Origin: Lachnospiraceae bacterium UBA4631
Lineage (GTDB): Bacteria; Bacillota; Clostridia; Lachnospirales; Lachnospiraceae
Reading direction: 5' to 3'
DNA: 64,000 nt
NCBI GenBank assembly: GCA_002406015.1
Contig: DHMX01000023.1
Location: 238,233 to 302,232, forward strand
The notes below the pieces were generated by a model. That model was not told the origin of the DNA, ran no database searches, and worked only from the letters and a program-made list of their open reading frames with translations. The translations under genes were made by a program, and so were the position numbers. Below are positions 18,321-30,849 of this stretch, piece after piece; position 1 is the stretch's first letter; each line of letters starts with the position of its first letter.

Positions 18321-18773
18321 ATGCTGAGCTTAGAACCATGGACATTGTTCTGGACAGTCTTAAATGTACTGGTATTATTCTTTGCACTCAAGCATTTTCT
18401 GATTAAACCGGTGATGGGTGTTATCCAGAAGCGGGAGGATATGATTTCACAGCAATTTGCGGATGCAAAGGAAACACAGACGCAGGCAGATAAAATGAAG
18501 CAGGAGTATGAAGAACAGCTTACTACCGCACAGACGCAGGCAGCAGATATTATTATGCAGGCAAGAGAACGGGCAGAGGAAGAACATGCTCAGACAATTG
18601 CCAAGACACAGGCGGAAGCTGATAAGATGTTAGAAAAGGCAAAGACAGATATTCGACAGGAGCAGGAGCAGGCAAAGGCAGAACTGCAGTCTCAGATTGC
18701 AGATATAGCAATGCTGGCAGCCAGAAAGATAATTAAGACAGGTGAGGTATATGACACAAGCGGCAATGAATAA
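18321..18773 (+). CDS. atpF: F0F1 ATP synthase subunit b
   Basis: N-terminal TM helix followed by a long charged helix (AQTQAADIIMQARERAEEEH...). The start is placed at ATG 18321, 5 nt after GGTGG; the track ORF starts at TTG 18309. Confidence 0.85.
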   Translation: MLSLEPWTLFWTVLNVLVLFFALKHFLIKPVMGVIQKREDMISQQFADAKETQTQADKMKQEYEEQLTTAQTQAADIIMQARERAEEEHAQTIAKTQAEADKMLEKAKTDIRQEQEQAKAELQSQIADIAMLAARKIIKTGEVYDTSGNE

Positions 18774-19266
18774 TGGAATTGTGCTGTATGAGCTGAAGCT
18801 GGAGCGGGAAACGGTAGAAGCCTCATTAGAGGTGTTGACACAGATGTCGAAGTTAATTTCCGTTTTAAGCAGTCCTATCATTTCTGAACAGGAAAAGGAA
18901 CAGCTCTTAAACCGAATCGGCTCCGAAATGCAGATGCCGGAGAAATTAATTATATTTCTGAAGGTTATGTGCAGACATAACATGGTGGAGGAGCTGCCGG
19001 ATATTTATACATATTATAAGCAATACTGGGATGAACAGCACAAGGTGAAGCGGGTATGCTGTATATTTGCTTCGGAACCGTCTGAAAAGCAGATGCAGGA
19101 AATTAAAGATTTCCTGAATACCAGATATGAAGGTTATACATTAGTCTATCAGACACAGATAAAGCCGGAGCTTCTGGGCGGAGTTATTCTTCGGGTAGAG
19201 CATGAGGAATACGATTGGAGCTATGAAGGACGATTAGCCCAGATGGAGCAGGCAATCAGGGCGTAA
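18742..19266 (+). CDS. atpH: F0F1 ATP synthase subunit delta (OSCP)
   Basis: Position between atpF and atpA. The C-terminal [22 protein letters not shown] is typical of delta subunits. Confidence 0.8.
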   Translation: MRYMTQAAMNNGIVLYELKLERETVEASLEVLTQMSKLISVLSSPIISEQEKEQLLNRIGSEMQMPEKLIIFLKVMCRHNMVEELPDIYTYYKQYWDEQHKVKRVCCIFASEPSEKQMQEIKDFLNTRYEGYTLVYQTQIKPELLGGVILRVEHEEYDWSYEGRLAQMEQAIRA

Positions 19267-19286
19267 CCGGATTCGATAAGAAAGAG

Positions 19287-20804
19287 GTGAAAACGGTGGG
19301 TGCAATCAGTGCAACAGATATTATATCAATTATAAAAAGTGAAATAGACCGATTTGACTGGAATCAGGAAAGTCAGGACACCGGAGAGGTCATCTGGGTA
19401 GGTGACGGAATTGCTACAATTTATGGAATTGACCATGCTATGTATGGCGAAATTGTAGTGTTTGAAAACGGTGTGAAGGGCATGGTACAGGACATCCGTA
19501 AGAATGAGATTGGCTGCATTTTGTTTGGACATGATACCGGAATTAAGGAAGGAACCAAGGTATGCAGAACCAAGAAAAAGGCAGGGGTTCCGGTAGGTCC
19601 CGCATATATAGGAAGAGTCATTAATGCATTAGGAGAACCGATAGACGGAAAAGGTGAGATTCCGGCAGAGGATTATCGTCCGATTGAGGAGGAGGCTCCC
19701 GGAATTGTAGACCGAAAGTCTGTAAGCACTCCGCTTGAAACCGGTATTTTATCCATTGACGCAATGTTCCCGATTGGAAGAGGACAGCGTGAATTAATTA
19801 TCGGAGACCGACAGACCGGTAAGACCTCCATTGCAACCGATACCATTATTAACCAGAAGGGGAAAGATGTTATCTGTATCTATGTTGCGATTGGACAGAA
19901 GGCATCTACGGTGGCAAAGATTGTATCAACTTTGCAGAAGCATGAAGCAATGGATTATTCCATCGTATTATCCTCTACAGCCAGCGATGCATCCTCTCTG
20001 CAATATATTGCACCTTATGCGGGAACGGCATTGGCAGAATATTTTATGTATCAGGGTAAGGATGTATTAATTGTATATGATGACCTGAGTAAGCATGCAG
20101 TTGCATATCGTGCAATTTCTCTGCTGTTAGAGCGTTCACCGGGACGGGAAGCATATCCGGGTGATGTATTCTATCTGCATTCCAGATTGTTAGAGCGTTC
20201 CAGCCGCTTAAGTGATGCGTTAGGCGGAGGCTCCATTACGGCATTGCCGATTATTGAGACACAGGCAGGTGACTTGTCCGCATACATTCCTACGAATGTA
20301 ATTTCCATTACAGACGGACAGATTTTCTTGGAAAGCAACCTGTTCTTTGCCGGTATGCGTCCTGCGGTAAATGTTGGTTTGTCGGTATCTCGTGTAGGTG
20401 GTGCTGCACAGACAAAGGCAATGAAGAAAGCAGCAGGCAGCATCCGAATTGACTTGGCACAATTCCGGGAATTGGAGGTATTTACGCAGTTTGCATCCGA
20501 TTTGGATGATATGACAAAGAAGCAGTTACAGCATGGAAATGCATTAATGGAACTGTTAAAGCAGCCATTATGTCATCCGTTATCCTTGTCAGAAAAAGTA
20601 ATTACCTTGTATCTGGCAAATCAGGGATATTTTGACAGTGTTGAAAAATCAAAGATAAAAGAATATCAGATGAACCTGTTGCAGGAATTTGACCTGCATG
20701 CACCGGAAATCTGTAAGGAAATCGAAGAACAGAAGGAATTAACGGATGAGTTAATGAAGAAGATTACGGAAACCGCTGAGAGCTATCGTCAGCAGAATCC
20801 GTAA
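19287..20804 (+). CDS. atpA: F0F1 ATP synthase subunit alpha
   Basis: [12 protein letters not shown]-loop and strong overall alpha-subunit similarity. The true start may be GTG 19296, 8 nt after AAGAAAGAGG. Confidence 0.95.
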   Translation: MKTVGAISATDIISIIKSEIDRFDWNQESQDTGEVIWVGDGIATIYGIDHAMYGEIVVFENGVKGMVQDIRKNEIGCILFGHDTGIKEGTKVCRTKKKAGVPVGPAYIGRVINALGEPIDGKGEIPAEDYRPIEEEAPGIVDRKSVSTPLETGILSIDAMFPIGRGQRELIIGDRQTGKTSIATDTIINQKGKDVICIYVAIGQKASTVAKIVSTLQKHEAMDYSIVLSSTASDASSLQYIAPYAGTALAEYFMYQGKDVLIVYDDLSKHAVAYRAISLLLERSPGREAYPGDVFYLHSRLLERSSRLSDALGGGSITALPIIETQAGDLSAYIPTNVISITDGQIFLESNLFFAGMRPAVNVGLSVSRVGGAAQTKAMKKAAGSIRIDLAQFRELEVFTQFASDLDDMTKKQLQHGNALMELLKQPLCHPLSLSEKVITLYLANQGYFDSVEKSKIKEYQMNLLQEFDLHAPEICKEIEEQKELTDELMKKITETAESYRQQNP

Positions 20805-20834
20805 GGATTGCAGCATGGAAGGAAGTGTAGAGTC

Positions 20835-23125
<2,291 letters not shown>

Positions 23126-23158
23126 TAATTTTTATAAAGGAAAGGTAGGGAAACGAGA

Positions 23159-23581
23159 ATGGGAGTATATCATTTACGAGTTATAGCCGCAGACAAAGAA
23201 TTTTATAATGGAAAATGCGAATCCTTGATTATCCCTGCCTTTGACGGACAAAAGGAGATTCTGGCTCACCATGAGGATATGGTAATTGCCGTAGATGACG
23301 GTGAGATGCGATATAAGCCGGAGGGCAGTACGGAATGGGTACGTGCAGTGGTCGGCAAGGGCTTCGTGCAAATCGTAAATAATCGTGTAATACTGCTGGT
23401 AGAAACCGTAGAACGTCCGGAGGATATAGATATTGCGAGAGCAGAGGCAGCCAAGGCAAGGGCAGAGGAACGGATGCGGCAGAAGCAAAGCATTCAGGAA
23501 TATTATCATTCCAGTGCATCGCTGGCAAGAGCCATGGCAAGACTAAAGGCAGCCGGCAAGGAAACCAGTATTAATTTGTGA
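23159..23581 (+). CDS. atpC: F0F1 ATP synthase subunit epsilon
   Basis: Last gene of the atp cluster. A beta-sandwich N-terminal part plus a helical AEAAKARAEERM C-terminus. Confidence 0.9.
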   Translation: MGVYHLRVIAADKEFYNGKCESLIIPAFDGQKEILAHHEDMVIAVDDGEMRYKPEGSTEWVRAVVGKGFVQIVNNRVILLVETVERPEDIDIARAEAAKARAEERMRQKQSIQEYYHSSASLARAMARLKAAGKETSINL

Positions 23582-23647
23582 TGAAAGATTAATTTTACAA
23601 GATAATTTGAAGTTTCTTTATTTTGTAGGATATAACCAATAAAGGAA

Positions 23648-23691
23648 AAAGGTGATGACGGTCTTAAAAGGGAACGGACATTACCTTTTTT
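23648..23691 (+). terminator. Rho-independent terminator of the atp operon
   Basis: AAAGGTGATG (23648-23657) pairs with CATTACCTTT (23679-23688, one G-U pair), followed by a T run. Confidence 0.6.
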
Positions 23692-23947
23692 CATTTTGGT
23701 CTTTTTCTCGAATTTTTTGAATTGGTAAAAGGTTTCTTATACTAACTATGGCTACCAATTATGACTGCTAACTATAATTACTAGCTATGACTGCTTGGCA
23801 TGACTACCAGTCACGCCTACTAGTCAAAAACATAGAAACATGTTACTATGATAAGAAATACATGGAAATAGTAAGAACAAACAGCGGATAAAAACAGTCA
23901 ACGAAAATAAAGCATAGAAACAGATACAGCAAAGGAGAGAAACATAC

Positions 23948-25150
23948 ATGGGACAGGCAATCGTAACACTGAAAAAAGGAGGTGGCCGGTCATTAAAGGC
24001 GGGCGGACCTTGGATATATGATAATGAAATCGAAAGCATTTTAGGAGATTGTTCAGACGGAGATATTGTTTTAGTGCATGATTTTGACGGCTATCCAATG
24101 GGACGTGGATTTCTGAATCGTAAATCAAAGCTGACTGTCCGCATGATGAGCCGGGATAAGGATACAGAGATTGATGAAGCATTTATCCGTATGCGGGTAA
24201 GAAATGCATGGGAATATCGAAAGAAAACAGTGGATACCGGAAGTTGTAGAGTGATTTTCGGTGAAGCCGATTTTTTACCGGGCATAGTTGTGGATAAATT
24301 CTCGGATGTACTGGTGGTACAATCCTTAGCCTTGGGAATTGACCGGTTTAAAATGCTTATCTTAGAAACCCTGAAAGAGGTTATGGCAGAGGATGGGATT
24401 TCCATTCGGGGCATCTATGAGCGGAGTGATGCCAAGGTAAGAGAGCAGGAGGGAATGGAACGATACAAGGGCTTTATCGGTGAGCCATTTGATACAAAGG
24501 TTGAAATTGTGGAAAATGATGTACATTATCTGGTAGATGTAAAGGACGGACAAAAGACCGGATTTTTCTTAGACCAGAAATACAACCGGAAAGCAATCTG
24601 GAAGCTGTGTCCGGGTGCAAAGGTATTGGATTGCTTTACACATACCGGGTCATTTGCGTTAAACGCAGGAATGGCAGGAGCCGCCAGTGTGTTAGGTGTG
24701 GATGCTTCTGAACTGGCTGTAAATCAGGCAAGAGAAAATGCTGTCTTAAATCATCTGGAAAATACTGTGAAATTTCAGTGCGAGGATGTATTTGAATTAC
24801 TACCGGAGCTGGAACGGCGAGGAGAGCTGTTCGATGTTGTAATTCTGGACCCTCCGGCATTTACGAAGTCAAGAAACTCCATTAAAAATGCCGTAAAAGG
24901 ATATAGGGAAATTAATCTGCGGGCAATGAAGCTGGTAAAAGACGGTGGCTTTCTGGCAACCTGTTCCTGTTCTCATTTTATGGACTATGAGCTGTTTACA
25001 CAGACCATCGGTCAGGCGGCAAGAAATGTGCATAAGCGGCTGCGGCAGGTGGAATATCGGACACAGGCACCTGACCACCCGATTCTGTGGGCAGCAGAGG
25101 ATTCTTATTATCTGAAGTTCTATATTTTTCAGGTGGTGGATGAAAAATAG
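23948..25150 (+). CDS. rlmI: Class I SAM-dependent rRNA (cytosine-C5) methyltransferase, RlmI/YwbD-like (PUA + MTase)
   Basis: N-terminal PUA-like LKKGGGRSLKAGGPWIYDNEI, SAM motif VLDCFTHTGSFAL, DPPAF, and SCS near the C-terminus. Confidence 0.8.
   Translation: MGQAIVTLKKGGGRSLKAGGPWIYDNEIESILGDCSDGDIVLVHDFDGYPMGRGFLNRKSKLTVRMMSRDKDTEIDEAFIRMRVRNAWEYRKKTVDTGSCRVIFGEADFLPGIVVDKFSDVLVVQSLALGIDRFKMLILETLKEVMAEDGISIRGIYERSDAKVREQEGMERYKGFIGEPFDTKVEIVENDVHYLVDVKDGQKTGFFLDQKYNRKAIWKLCPGAKVLDCFTHTGSFALNAGMAGAASVLGVDASELAVNQARENAVLNHLENTVKFQCEDVFELLPELERRGELFDVVILDPPAFTKSRNSIKNAVKGYREINLRAMKLVKDGGFLATCSCSHFMDYELFTQTIGQAARNVHKRLRQVEYRTQAPDHPILWAAEDSYYLKFYIFQVVDEK
25115..25146 (+). repeat. Direct repeat copy 1 (32 bp, last 10 codons of rlmI)
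   Basis: AAGTTCTATATTTTTCAGGTGGTGGATGAAAA is identical to 26885-26916. Confidence 0.95.
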
Positions 25151-26884
25151 TAAGCTTATGGGGAAAACGGTATGTTCTATACTGAAGAAAAGTTAAATGT
25201 CTGGTCACCTTTTTGGCAAAAGTGGTTAATAATATTGAAAAAAGATATATAAGGAAAGTATAATATTTTGAAGAAAAGCACATGGTATTAAAAGCAGATA
25301 TTGAAGAAAAGCACATTTGTGATATAATGAAATGAAATCACGATATAATGAAGCAAAATCACTTGCTTGCAAAGGTGATTTTGTGAAATACATGGAGTGA
25401 GCAATGCTTACGATATAATGAGCGTAAAAGAGTCAGAGGAGCATATTGGGAGGCAGAAATGTATTTTAAAAGAAAAGCATATGACAAACTGTTAGAATGG
25501 AAAAATCTATATTCAGATAAATATGCTGTGTTGTTAGAGGGAGCCAGACGAGTTGGCAAATCAACGATAGCGGAGAATTTTGCAAAGAATGAGTATAAAT
25601 CATATATATTGATTGATTTTTCGAAAACAACAAGTAATATATTGGAATGCTTTGATGATATAGGAAATTTAAATATCTTTTTTCTTAGGTTACAGGCAGA
25701 AACAGGAATAACATTATATGAACATGATTCCCTTATTATTTTTGACGAAGTCCAACTATTTCCTAAAGCAAGACAGGCTATCAAACATCTTGTGTTTGAT
25801 GGCAGATACAGTTATTTGGAAACCGGTTCACTTATATCAATAAAGAAAAACGTGAAAGATATTTTAATTCCATCAGAGGAAATGAGGATACAGGTATATC
25901 CTATGGATTATCAGGAATTTTGTGATGCAACGGGTAGTAACTATGAACTTTTACGTGAGATTTATAATTGTGAAACAGCTATTGGGCAGGCAACGAATCG
26001 TAAATTAATGCGGGATTTGAGAATATATATGGCAGTAGGAGGAATGCCGCAGGCAGTAGAAGCCTATGTCAATGGAAAGAATTTTTCAGAAATTGATATG
26101 AGTAAAAGACAGATTATTTCGTTATACGAAGAGGATTTTAAGAAAATTGACGATTCTGGAAGGATTTCGGCATTGTATCATTCTGTACCGGCTCAGCTTG
26201 CAAGAGATACAAGAAAATATCGTATTACAACAGCAATTGGAAAGAAAAATAATACAAAAGCAGAAGAATTGTTGTATGAATTGATTGATTCAAAAACAGT
26301 TTTACCATGTTACAATTCTACAAATCCAAGGGTCAGTCTGACAAATACAAAAGATTTTAACAGTTATAAATTATATCTTTCTGATACGGGTTTGTTTGTT
26401 ACACTATTGTTTATTGATCGTCCGGTAACGGAAAATGATATATATGCGAAGCTGCTTTCTGATAAATTACCTGCCAATCTAGGTTATTTATATGAGAATC
26501 TTGTAGCACAGATGATTGCTGCATCTGGAAGAGAATTGTTTTATCATACATGGGAAAAGAATGGAAGTACACATTATTATGAAGTTGATTTTTTAATATC
26601 AGAAGGAAGCAAGATAAATGCATTTGAGGTCAAGTCTTCCGGAACAGGAAAACACGAGTCAATAAAGGAATTTTCCAAAAAATTTTCTCAAAATGTGAAT
26701 AAGGTATATTTAATATCACAAAAGGATGTAGGAAGAGAGGAACATTTATTGTTGAAGCCATTTTATTTTATGCCGTTTCTGATTTGATAAATTATTATAT
26801 TTATAATTACGGGGCTTCTTTTATATAAAAAATATTGGAATAAGTCTAAAAATCATTTTATTGAAAGAGTATAATTCAATACAT
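25147..26884 (+). mobile_element. About 1.74-kb insertion bounded by the 32-bp duplication of the rlmI 3' end; cargo is a DUF4143 AAA ATPase, with no recombinase inside
   Basis: Identical 32-bp direct repeats at both ends. Both copies end in GAT GAA AAx + stop (DEK*), as expected for an element integrated at the 3' end of a gene that restores the coding end. Confidence 0.45.
25459..26787 (+). CDS. AAA-family ATPase with DUF4143 C-terminal domain (COG1373-type)
   Basis: LLEGARRVGKSTIAENFAK Walker A, IIFDEVQLFP Walker B, and a C-terminal YHTWEKNGSTHYYEVDFLI...FEVKSS restriction-endonuclease-like DUF4143 signature. Confidence 0.85.
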   Translation: MYFKRKAYDKLLEWKNLYSDKYAVLLEGARRVGKSTIAENFAKNEYKSYILIDFSKTTSNILECFDDIGNLNIFFLRLQAETGITLYEHDSLIIFDEVQLFPKARQAIKHLVFDGRYSYLETGSLISIKKNVKDILIPSEEMRIQVYPMDYQEFCDATGSNYELLREIYNCETAIGQATNRKLMRDLRIYMAVGGMPQAVEAYVNGKNFSEIDMSKRQIISLYEEDFKKIDDSGRISALYHSVPAQLARDTRKYRITTAIGKKNNTKAEELLYELIDSKTVLPCYNSTNPRVSLTNTKDFNSYKLYLSDTGLFVTLLFIDRPVTENDIYAKLLSDKLPANLGYLYENLVAQMIAASGRELFYHTWEKNGSTHYYEVDFLISEGSKINAFEVKSSGTGKHESIKEFSKKFSQNVNKVYLISQKDVGREEHLLLKPFYFMPFLI

Positions 26885-26916
26885 AAGTTCTATATTTTTC
26901 AGGTGGTGGATGAAAA
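26885..26916 (+). repeat. Direct repeat copy 2 (orphan copy of the rlmI 3' end)
   Basis: Identical to 25115-25146, followed by GTAA (stop). Confidence 0.95.
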
Positions 26917-27505
26917 GTAAGAACCGGAGAGTATCGCAAAATATCACAAAACCGTGATTCGAAATGTTAAGAAAAACAACTTACAAAAAGTTACAAATAT
27001 ATACGGAATGACTACGGTTTGGCTACGATATTGAGACTTTTTTGAAATGCAGACTATGATATTATTATCATGGAAGTAATGAACAGAGAGTAATCGAGAA
27101 AATTTGGTTGCTCTTTTTTATTGTGAAGGAGCTTACATGTGCTATAATAAAACAAATTAACAAATCGGAATTTGTGGAGAGATTTCCTTGTAGTCTGCCG
27201 GGATTTCTTCGGTTCCGTCCAGATGGTAATTTCATAATACACTCTGTTTGCTATCATTTTCGTGCTGATCTGGAGTGCTTTTCCTGCGGACTGGAGTTGC
27301 ATAGCGGTACTTGCAATACTTCAAATCAATAAATATCGCAGCAACTTATCAAAACAGATGATTTCCATGATGAAATGGTACGGTCTATAGCAGTGCACAC
27401 AAAACTAAAAACTTATGAGGAAACCTTAGGAGGATGAAAAATGTAAAGTGTGCAGATTGCTGCAAGTGAAATATGGGTTAGAAGTCATAATGAAAGGTGG
27501 TATAG

Positions 27506-28021
27506 ATGATAGATATTGGTGCACTAATTAATCAGCAGAATAAAGTTCAGAATACTGCTGTCATATCTCTTTGTGGCAAGCTTGAAGCATATATAGGAAA
27601 TTATTTTTTGTCAGGGTGCGGGATTCCCGATAATGAAGTGGAAACATTATATTACGATGCTTCAATAGATCGAGATGATTGCGTGGAACTAGTCGGAAAA
27701 AATATCGTGGCATATTATATTGCAGATGAAAGTATTGGTTTTGTAAAAAAACAAATTGCAGAAAAGCTTAAAAAAGAAACAGAAGAGTATGGTATTACAT
27801 ATATAGAAGTGGATGATTTCTATCAGGAGTTGTTATGCATAGATGTGGAAAATGTTCCAGAATGTCTTAAGAATATTATCTGGATAGATGACGACTTTAT
27901 GTCCGATGAAAATATTCCATTTGATTTTGAAGCATTTGAGTTGATTGACAGCAGAGTTAATTATTTGAATCCAAAACACTTTTCGGTTTCACAGCTGATA
28001 AATGCCTTATACTATGAGTAG
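27506..28021 (+). CDS. Hypothetical acidic protein (171 aa)
   Basis: ORF with RBS AAAGGTGG upstream. No domain recognised. Confidence 0.4.
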   Translation: MIDIGALINQQNKVQNTAVISLCGKLEAYIGNYFLSGCGIPDNEVETLYYDASIDRDDCVELVGKNIVAYYIADESIGFVKKQIAEKLKKETEEYGITYIEVDDFYQELLCIDVENVPECLKNIIWIDDDFMSDENIPFDFEAFELIDSRVNYLNPKHFSVSQLINALYYE

Positions 28022-28034
28022 TTTGAAACTCTGA

Positions 28035-28166
28035 AAACGCCGCTCCATTTTACAGGAACTGCTGGGTACATGTTCACCGATGACTGGCATTGAGCCGGAT
28101 TTTCACTGTGATTATGGTTTTAACATCCATATCTACGGTTTTGCTGTATGGAAGAAAAGATTTTGA
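28035..28166 (+). pseudogene. Internal fragment of a maltose/galactoside O-acetyltransferase-type (hexapeptide-repeat) gene
   Basis: The frame reads KRRSILQELLGTCSPMTGIEPDFHCDYGFNIHIYGFA. The (E/P)P-F-x-CDYG-x-NI-x-I-G segment is the conserved Maa/LacA core. There is no start codon and no remainder of the protein. Confidence 0.45.
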
Positions 28167-28170
28167 AAAC

Positions 28171-28413
28171 ATGACACACAGAAGGTATGAGTATATAAAA
28201 GGTCTAAATGGTCATAGTGAAATTGCACTCTATGTTGATACTTTTGAAGAAGTGGATATGGCATACAACAATGCTATAAAAAATGGTGCAACATCTGTAT
28301 TAGAACCAGAGCTTGAACCGTGGGGACAAAGAACTTGCTATATCGCCGACCCAGAAGGTAACCTGATTGAGATTGGTTCTTGGAATAAGTCATACGAGAA
28401 AAAAGATTTATAA
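28171..28413 (+). pseudogene. Truncated VOC/glyoxalase-bleomycin-resistance family gene (C-terminal half only)
   Basis: HSEIALYVDTFEEVDMAYNNAIKNGATSVLEPELEPWGQRTCYIADPEGNLIEIGSW is a single beta-alpha-beta-beta-beta VOC module. The track ORF (28090) starts inside the acetyltransferase fragment. Confidence 0.5.
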
Positions 28414-28790
28414 ATTCCAGTTTATAGGGATGATAGAATAATCATTTGGGTATGAAAAGGTGCAAAGGTAGCTTTGCTACGAAAAATAAATCTGTAAAGA
28501 AATCAGCAAGGGCAAAGGAATCGAGAAATCGGTTCCTTTTAAAGTAGCTTGTTGCCTGAAAATATTATCTGAAATAGTATAGAAAAAGAATAGTAAATGC
28601 GTTAAACTTATGGAGATAGAATACATACATTTTTTCATGAGTTTTTTTATTGGAGGAAAACAAGTGGGAAAGACAAATAAAGGAAAAGAACTGGGAAGTG
28701 CTATATTTTATAGGAGCTGGAAGAAAAGTAAGAATTGAGAAATGGTGAAAATGCTTTTTGGAAGAAGAAATATTAAATGGAGGACAGCAG

Positions 28791-29210
28791 ATGAAGAAAA
28801 GTATGAAAGTGGTTTTGATAATAATAGGAGTGCTTGTGGCATTGGTGCTTCTTGGATATTTTAGTATCTGGCGGCCGCTCCGCCACTATGGGGATACACA
28901 TACGTGGGCAACCATTCATGTTGATGCAAGTTGGTATGATGCAGACAACGATATTGTCAAGGATGAAAGCAGCGAAGACAAGGAATATCTTAAGGACGAA
29001 CAAATAGATGCCTTTTTGTGTTACTTGGAAATTGACAAAATCACATCGGATGGAGATGTGACCTTTCATGTGTCAGACGGAAAAACATTGCTTGATGAAA
29101 ATGGAAATGAGATTACCTCAGATACCATTTCATTAAAAGAGAAAAAGAAATATTTTGTTGGGGAAGACCAGTATTTTGTTATACAGGTAGTGTCAAATCG
29201 ATACCAATAA
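28791..29210 (+). CDS. Membrane-anchored hypothetical protein
   Basis: MKKSMKVVLIIIGVLVALVLLGYF signal-anchor, RBS GGAGG upstream. No domain recognised. Confidence 0.45.
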   Translation: MKKSMKVVLIIIGVLVALVLLGYFSIWRPLRHYGDTHTWATIHVDASWYDADNDIVKDESSEDKEYLKDEQIDAFLCYLEIDKITSDGDVTFHVSDGKTLLDENGNEITSDTISLKEKKKYFVGEDQYFVIQVVSNRYQ

Positions 29211-29249
29211 ATAAATCGATAAATTGTAATTTCATCAGGGAGGAATAGG

Positions 29250-30236
29250 ATGGAAAAGAAAATAGCGTTACTAATTGATGCGGAAAATACCAGTGTAAAG
29301 TATCTGGACAGTATATTTATGGAGCTTCGAAATTACGGAACCGTTACCTACAAGCGTATGTATGGGGATTTTACCTCTAAGACCTTAAGTGAATGGAATC
29401 ATCGGGCATTGTCTTACGCTGTAGTTCCGATTCAGCAGCCGCGGTATTCAACGGCAAAGAACGCAGCCGACATTATGCTGGTAATTGATGCAATGGATAT
29501 TATGTATGCGAAAAATGTGGACATTTTCTGTATCGTATCATCAGACAGTGATTTTACCCGGCTTGTGAACCGCCTTTGTGACGGTGGCATGGAAGTAATC
29601 GGTATGGGAAAGAGTGATGCGTCTAAGACACTGAAAGCGGCATGTACCATTTTTAAGAATCTGGAAATTATCTACGGAGATTCCGACGATATAGCAGAGG
29701 TTGAACACAAAAATGCCAACGGAACCGCCCATAAAGCAGCCGATATTGAAAAGAACATTGTACCGCTGTCTGAGATTAAAAAGAGTATGATTGAAATTGT
29801 GCGGGAAAATGAAAATCAGGGAAATCGTACAGGACTGGGAGGTTTAAAGAGCAGTATTCAACGTCTGTATAAAGATTTTGATGAACGAAATTATGGTTAT
29901 AGTTCCATGACGAAGCTGGTAAGTAATTTGAATGATTTCGTTGTGACACAGGAGCGAAGCACCGTCTATGTATCATTAAACAGTGCAGAGGTAAACGAAA
30001 AGACAGTCGAGGGCTTCATTCGCGAAACGGTACGGAAGGGTTCCATGGATTTAGGACGTTTAGGACAGAAGATACATACAGAATTTCCGGATTTCGATGT
30101 AAAGAGCTATGGCTATTCGCAGCTTGGAACCTTTGTGCAGAGTATTGACGGAATGGTGGTAGAACAAAACAAGGCAGGAACCGGTAAATGTGCCAGATTA
30201 GAAGGCGAAAAGGGGTTCGTAAAAGGAAAAAGTTGA
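29250..30236 (+). CDS. NYN-domain (LabA-like) protein with two OST-HTH/LOTUS domains
   Basis: KIALLIDAENTS...ADIMLVIDAMD...FCIVSSDSDFTRLVNRL (NYN nuclease-fold motifs), followed by two YGYSxxxxxV segments (OST-HTH). Confidence 0.8.
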   Translation: MEKKIALLIDAENTSVKYLDSIFMELRNYGTVTYKRMYGDFTSKTLSEWNHRALSYAVVPIQQPRYSTAKNAADIMLVIDAMDIMYAKNVDIFCIVSSDSDFTRLVNRLCDGGMEVIGMGKSDASKTLKAACTIFKNLEIIYGDSDDIAEVEHKNANGTAHKAADIEKNIVPLSEIKKSMIEIVRENENQGNRTGLGGLKSSIQRLYKDFDERNYGYSSMTKLVSNLNDFVVTQERSTVYVSLNSAEVNEKTVEGFIRETVRKGSMDLGRLGQKIHTEFPDFDVKSYGYSQLGTFVQSIDGMVVEQNKAGTGKCARLEGEKGFVKGKS

Positions 30237-30348
30237 CGTAGCACAATCAAACGTAGTATTATAGTATATAATTCCAAGTGACAAAGTAGGAATAAAATTA
30301 AATGCAGAAACGAAAATAATGAAATATAAACGGAAATAGAAGGAGTAA

Positions 30349-30789
30349 ATGAACATGAAGATTTCTACAAAGGGAAGATATGCACTACGATTAATGATTG
30401 ACATAGCAATGCATGAAGGAGCAGACCCGGTTCGCATTAAGGATATTTCTAAGCGGCAGGAAGTATCGGAAAAGTATTTAGAGCAAATAATAGCGGTATT
30501 AAATAAAGCCGGTTATGTAAAGAGTATTCGGGGACCGAAGGGCGGCTATCTTCTGGCAAAGAAACCGAAGGACTATACCGCCGGTATGATACTGCGGTTA
30601 ACAGAGGGCAGTATGGCACCGGTCAGTTGTCTGGAATTTGAAGAAAATGACTGCCCGAGACAGGAGCAGTGTGCCACACTGGAATTATGGAAGCGGCTGG
30701 ATACAGCGATAAAGGATGTAGTAGATTCCGTTACGCTGGAGGACTTAGTAGAGTGGCAAAAGGGAAAGGCTGACTTCTATTCAATTTAA
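30349..30789 (+). CDS. Rrf2-family transcriptional regulator
   Basis: MKISTKGRYALRLMIDIA...ISKRQEVSEKYLEQIIAVLNKAGYVKSIRGPKGGYLLAK is canonical Rrf2. Three Cys (C-x7-C-x5-C-like) could bind an Fe-S cluster. Confidence 0.9.
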   Translation: MNMKISTKGRYALRLMIDIAMHEGADPVRIKDISKRQEVSEKYLEQIIAVLNKAGYVKSIRGPKGGYLLAKKPKDYTAGMILRLTEGSMAPVSCLEFEENDCPRQEQCATLELWKRLDTAIKDVVDSVTLEDLVEWQKGKADFYSI

Positions 30790-30849
30790 TACATACCATT
30801 TCTGCCTCCTGCATACACTGTAAAAACAAGCATTCAGAGGTTTGTATCA

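Noticed and set aside
23745-23825. Four ATG(A/G)CT(A/G)C(C/T)-like words plus ACTAG/AACTA words between the atpC terminator and rlmI
   Set aside because: The spacing is irregular (13, 26, 13 nt) and there is no dyad symmetry or extended identity. I could not distinguish it from low-complexity intergenic sequence.
27108-27332. 74-codon Cys-rich ORF (…CSLPGFLRF…CYHFRADLECFSCGLELHSGTC)
   Set aside because: It has no RBS, lies in a region of gene debris and overlaps an equally weak minus-strand ORF. It is more likely non-coding or a remnant.
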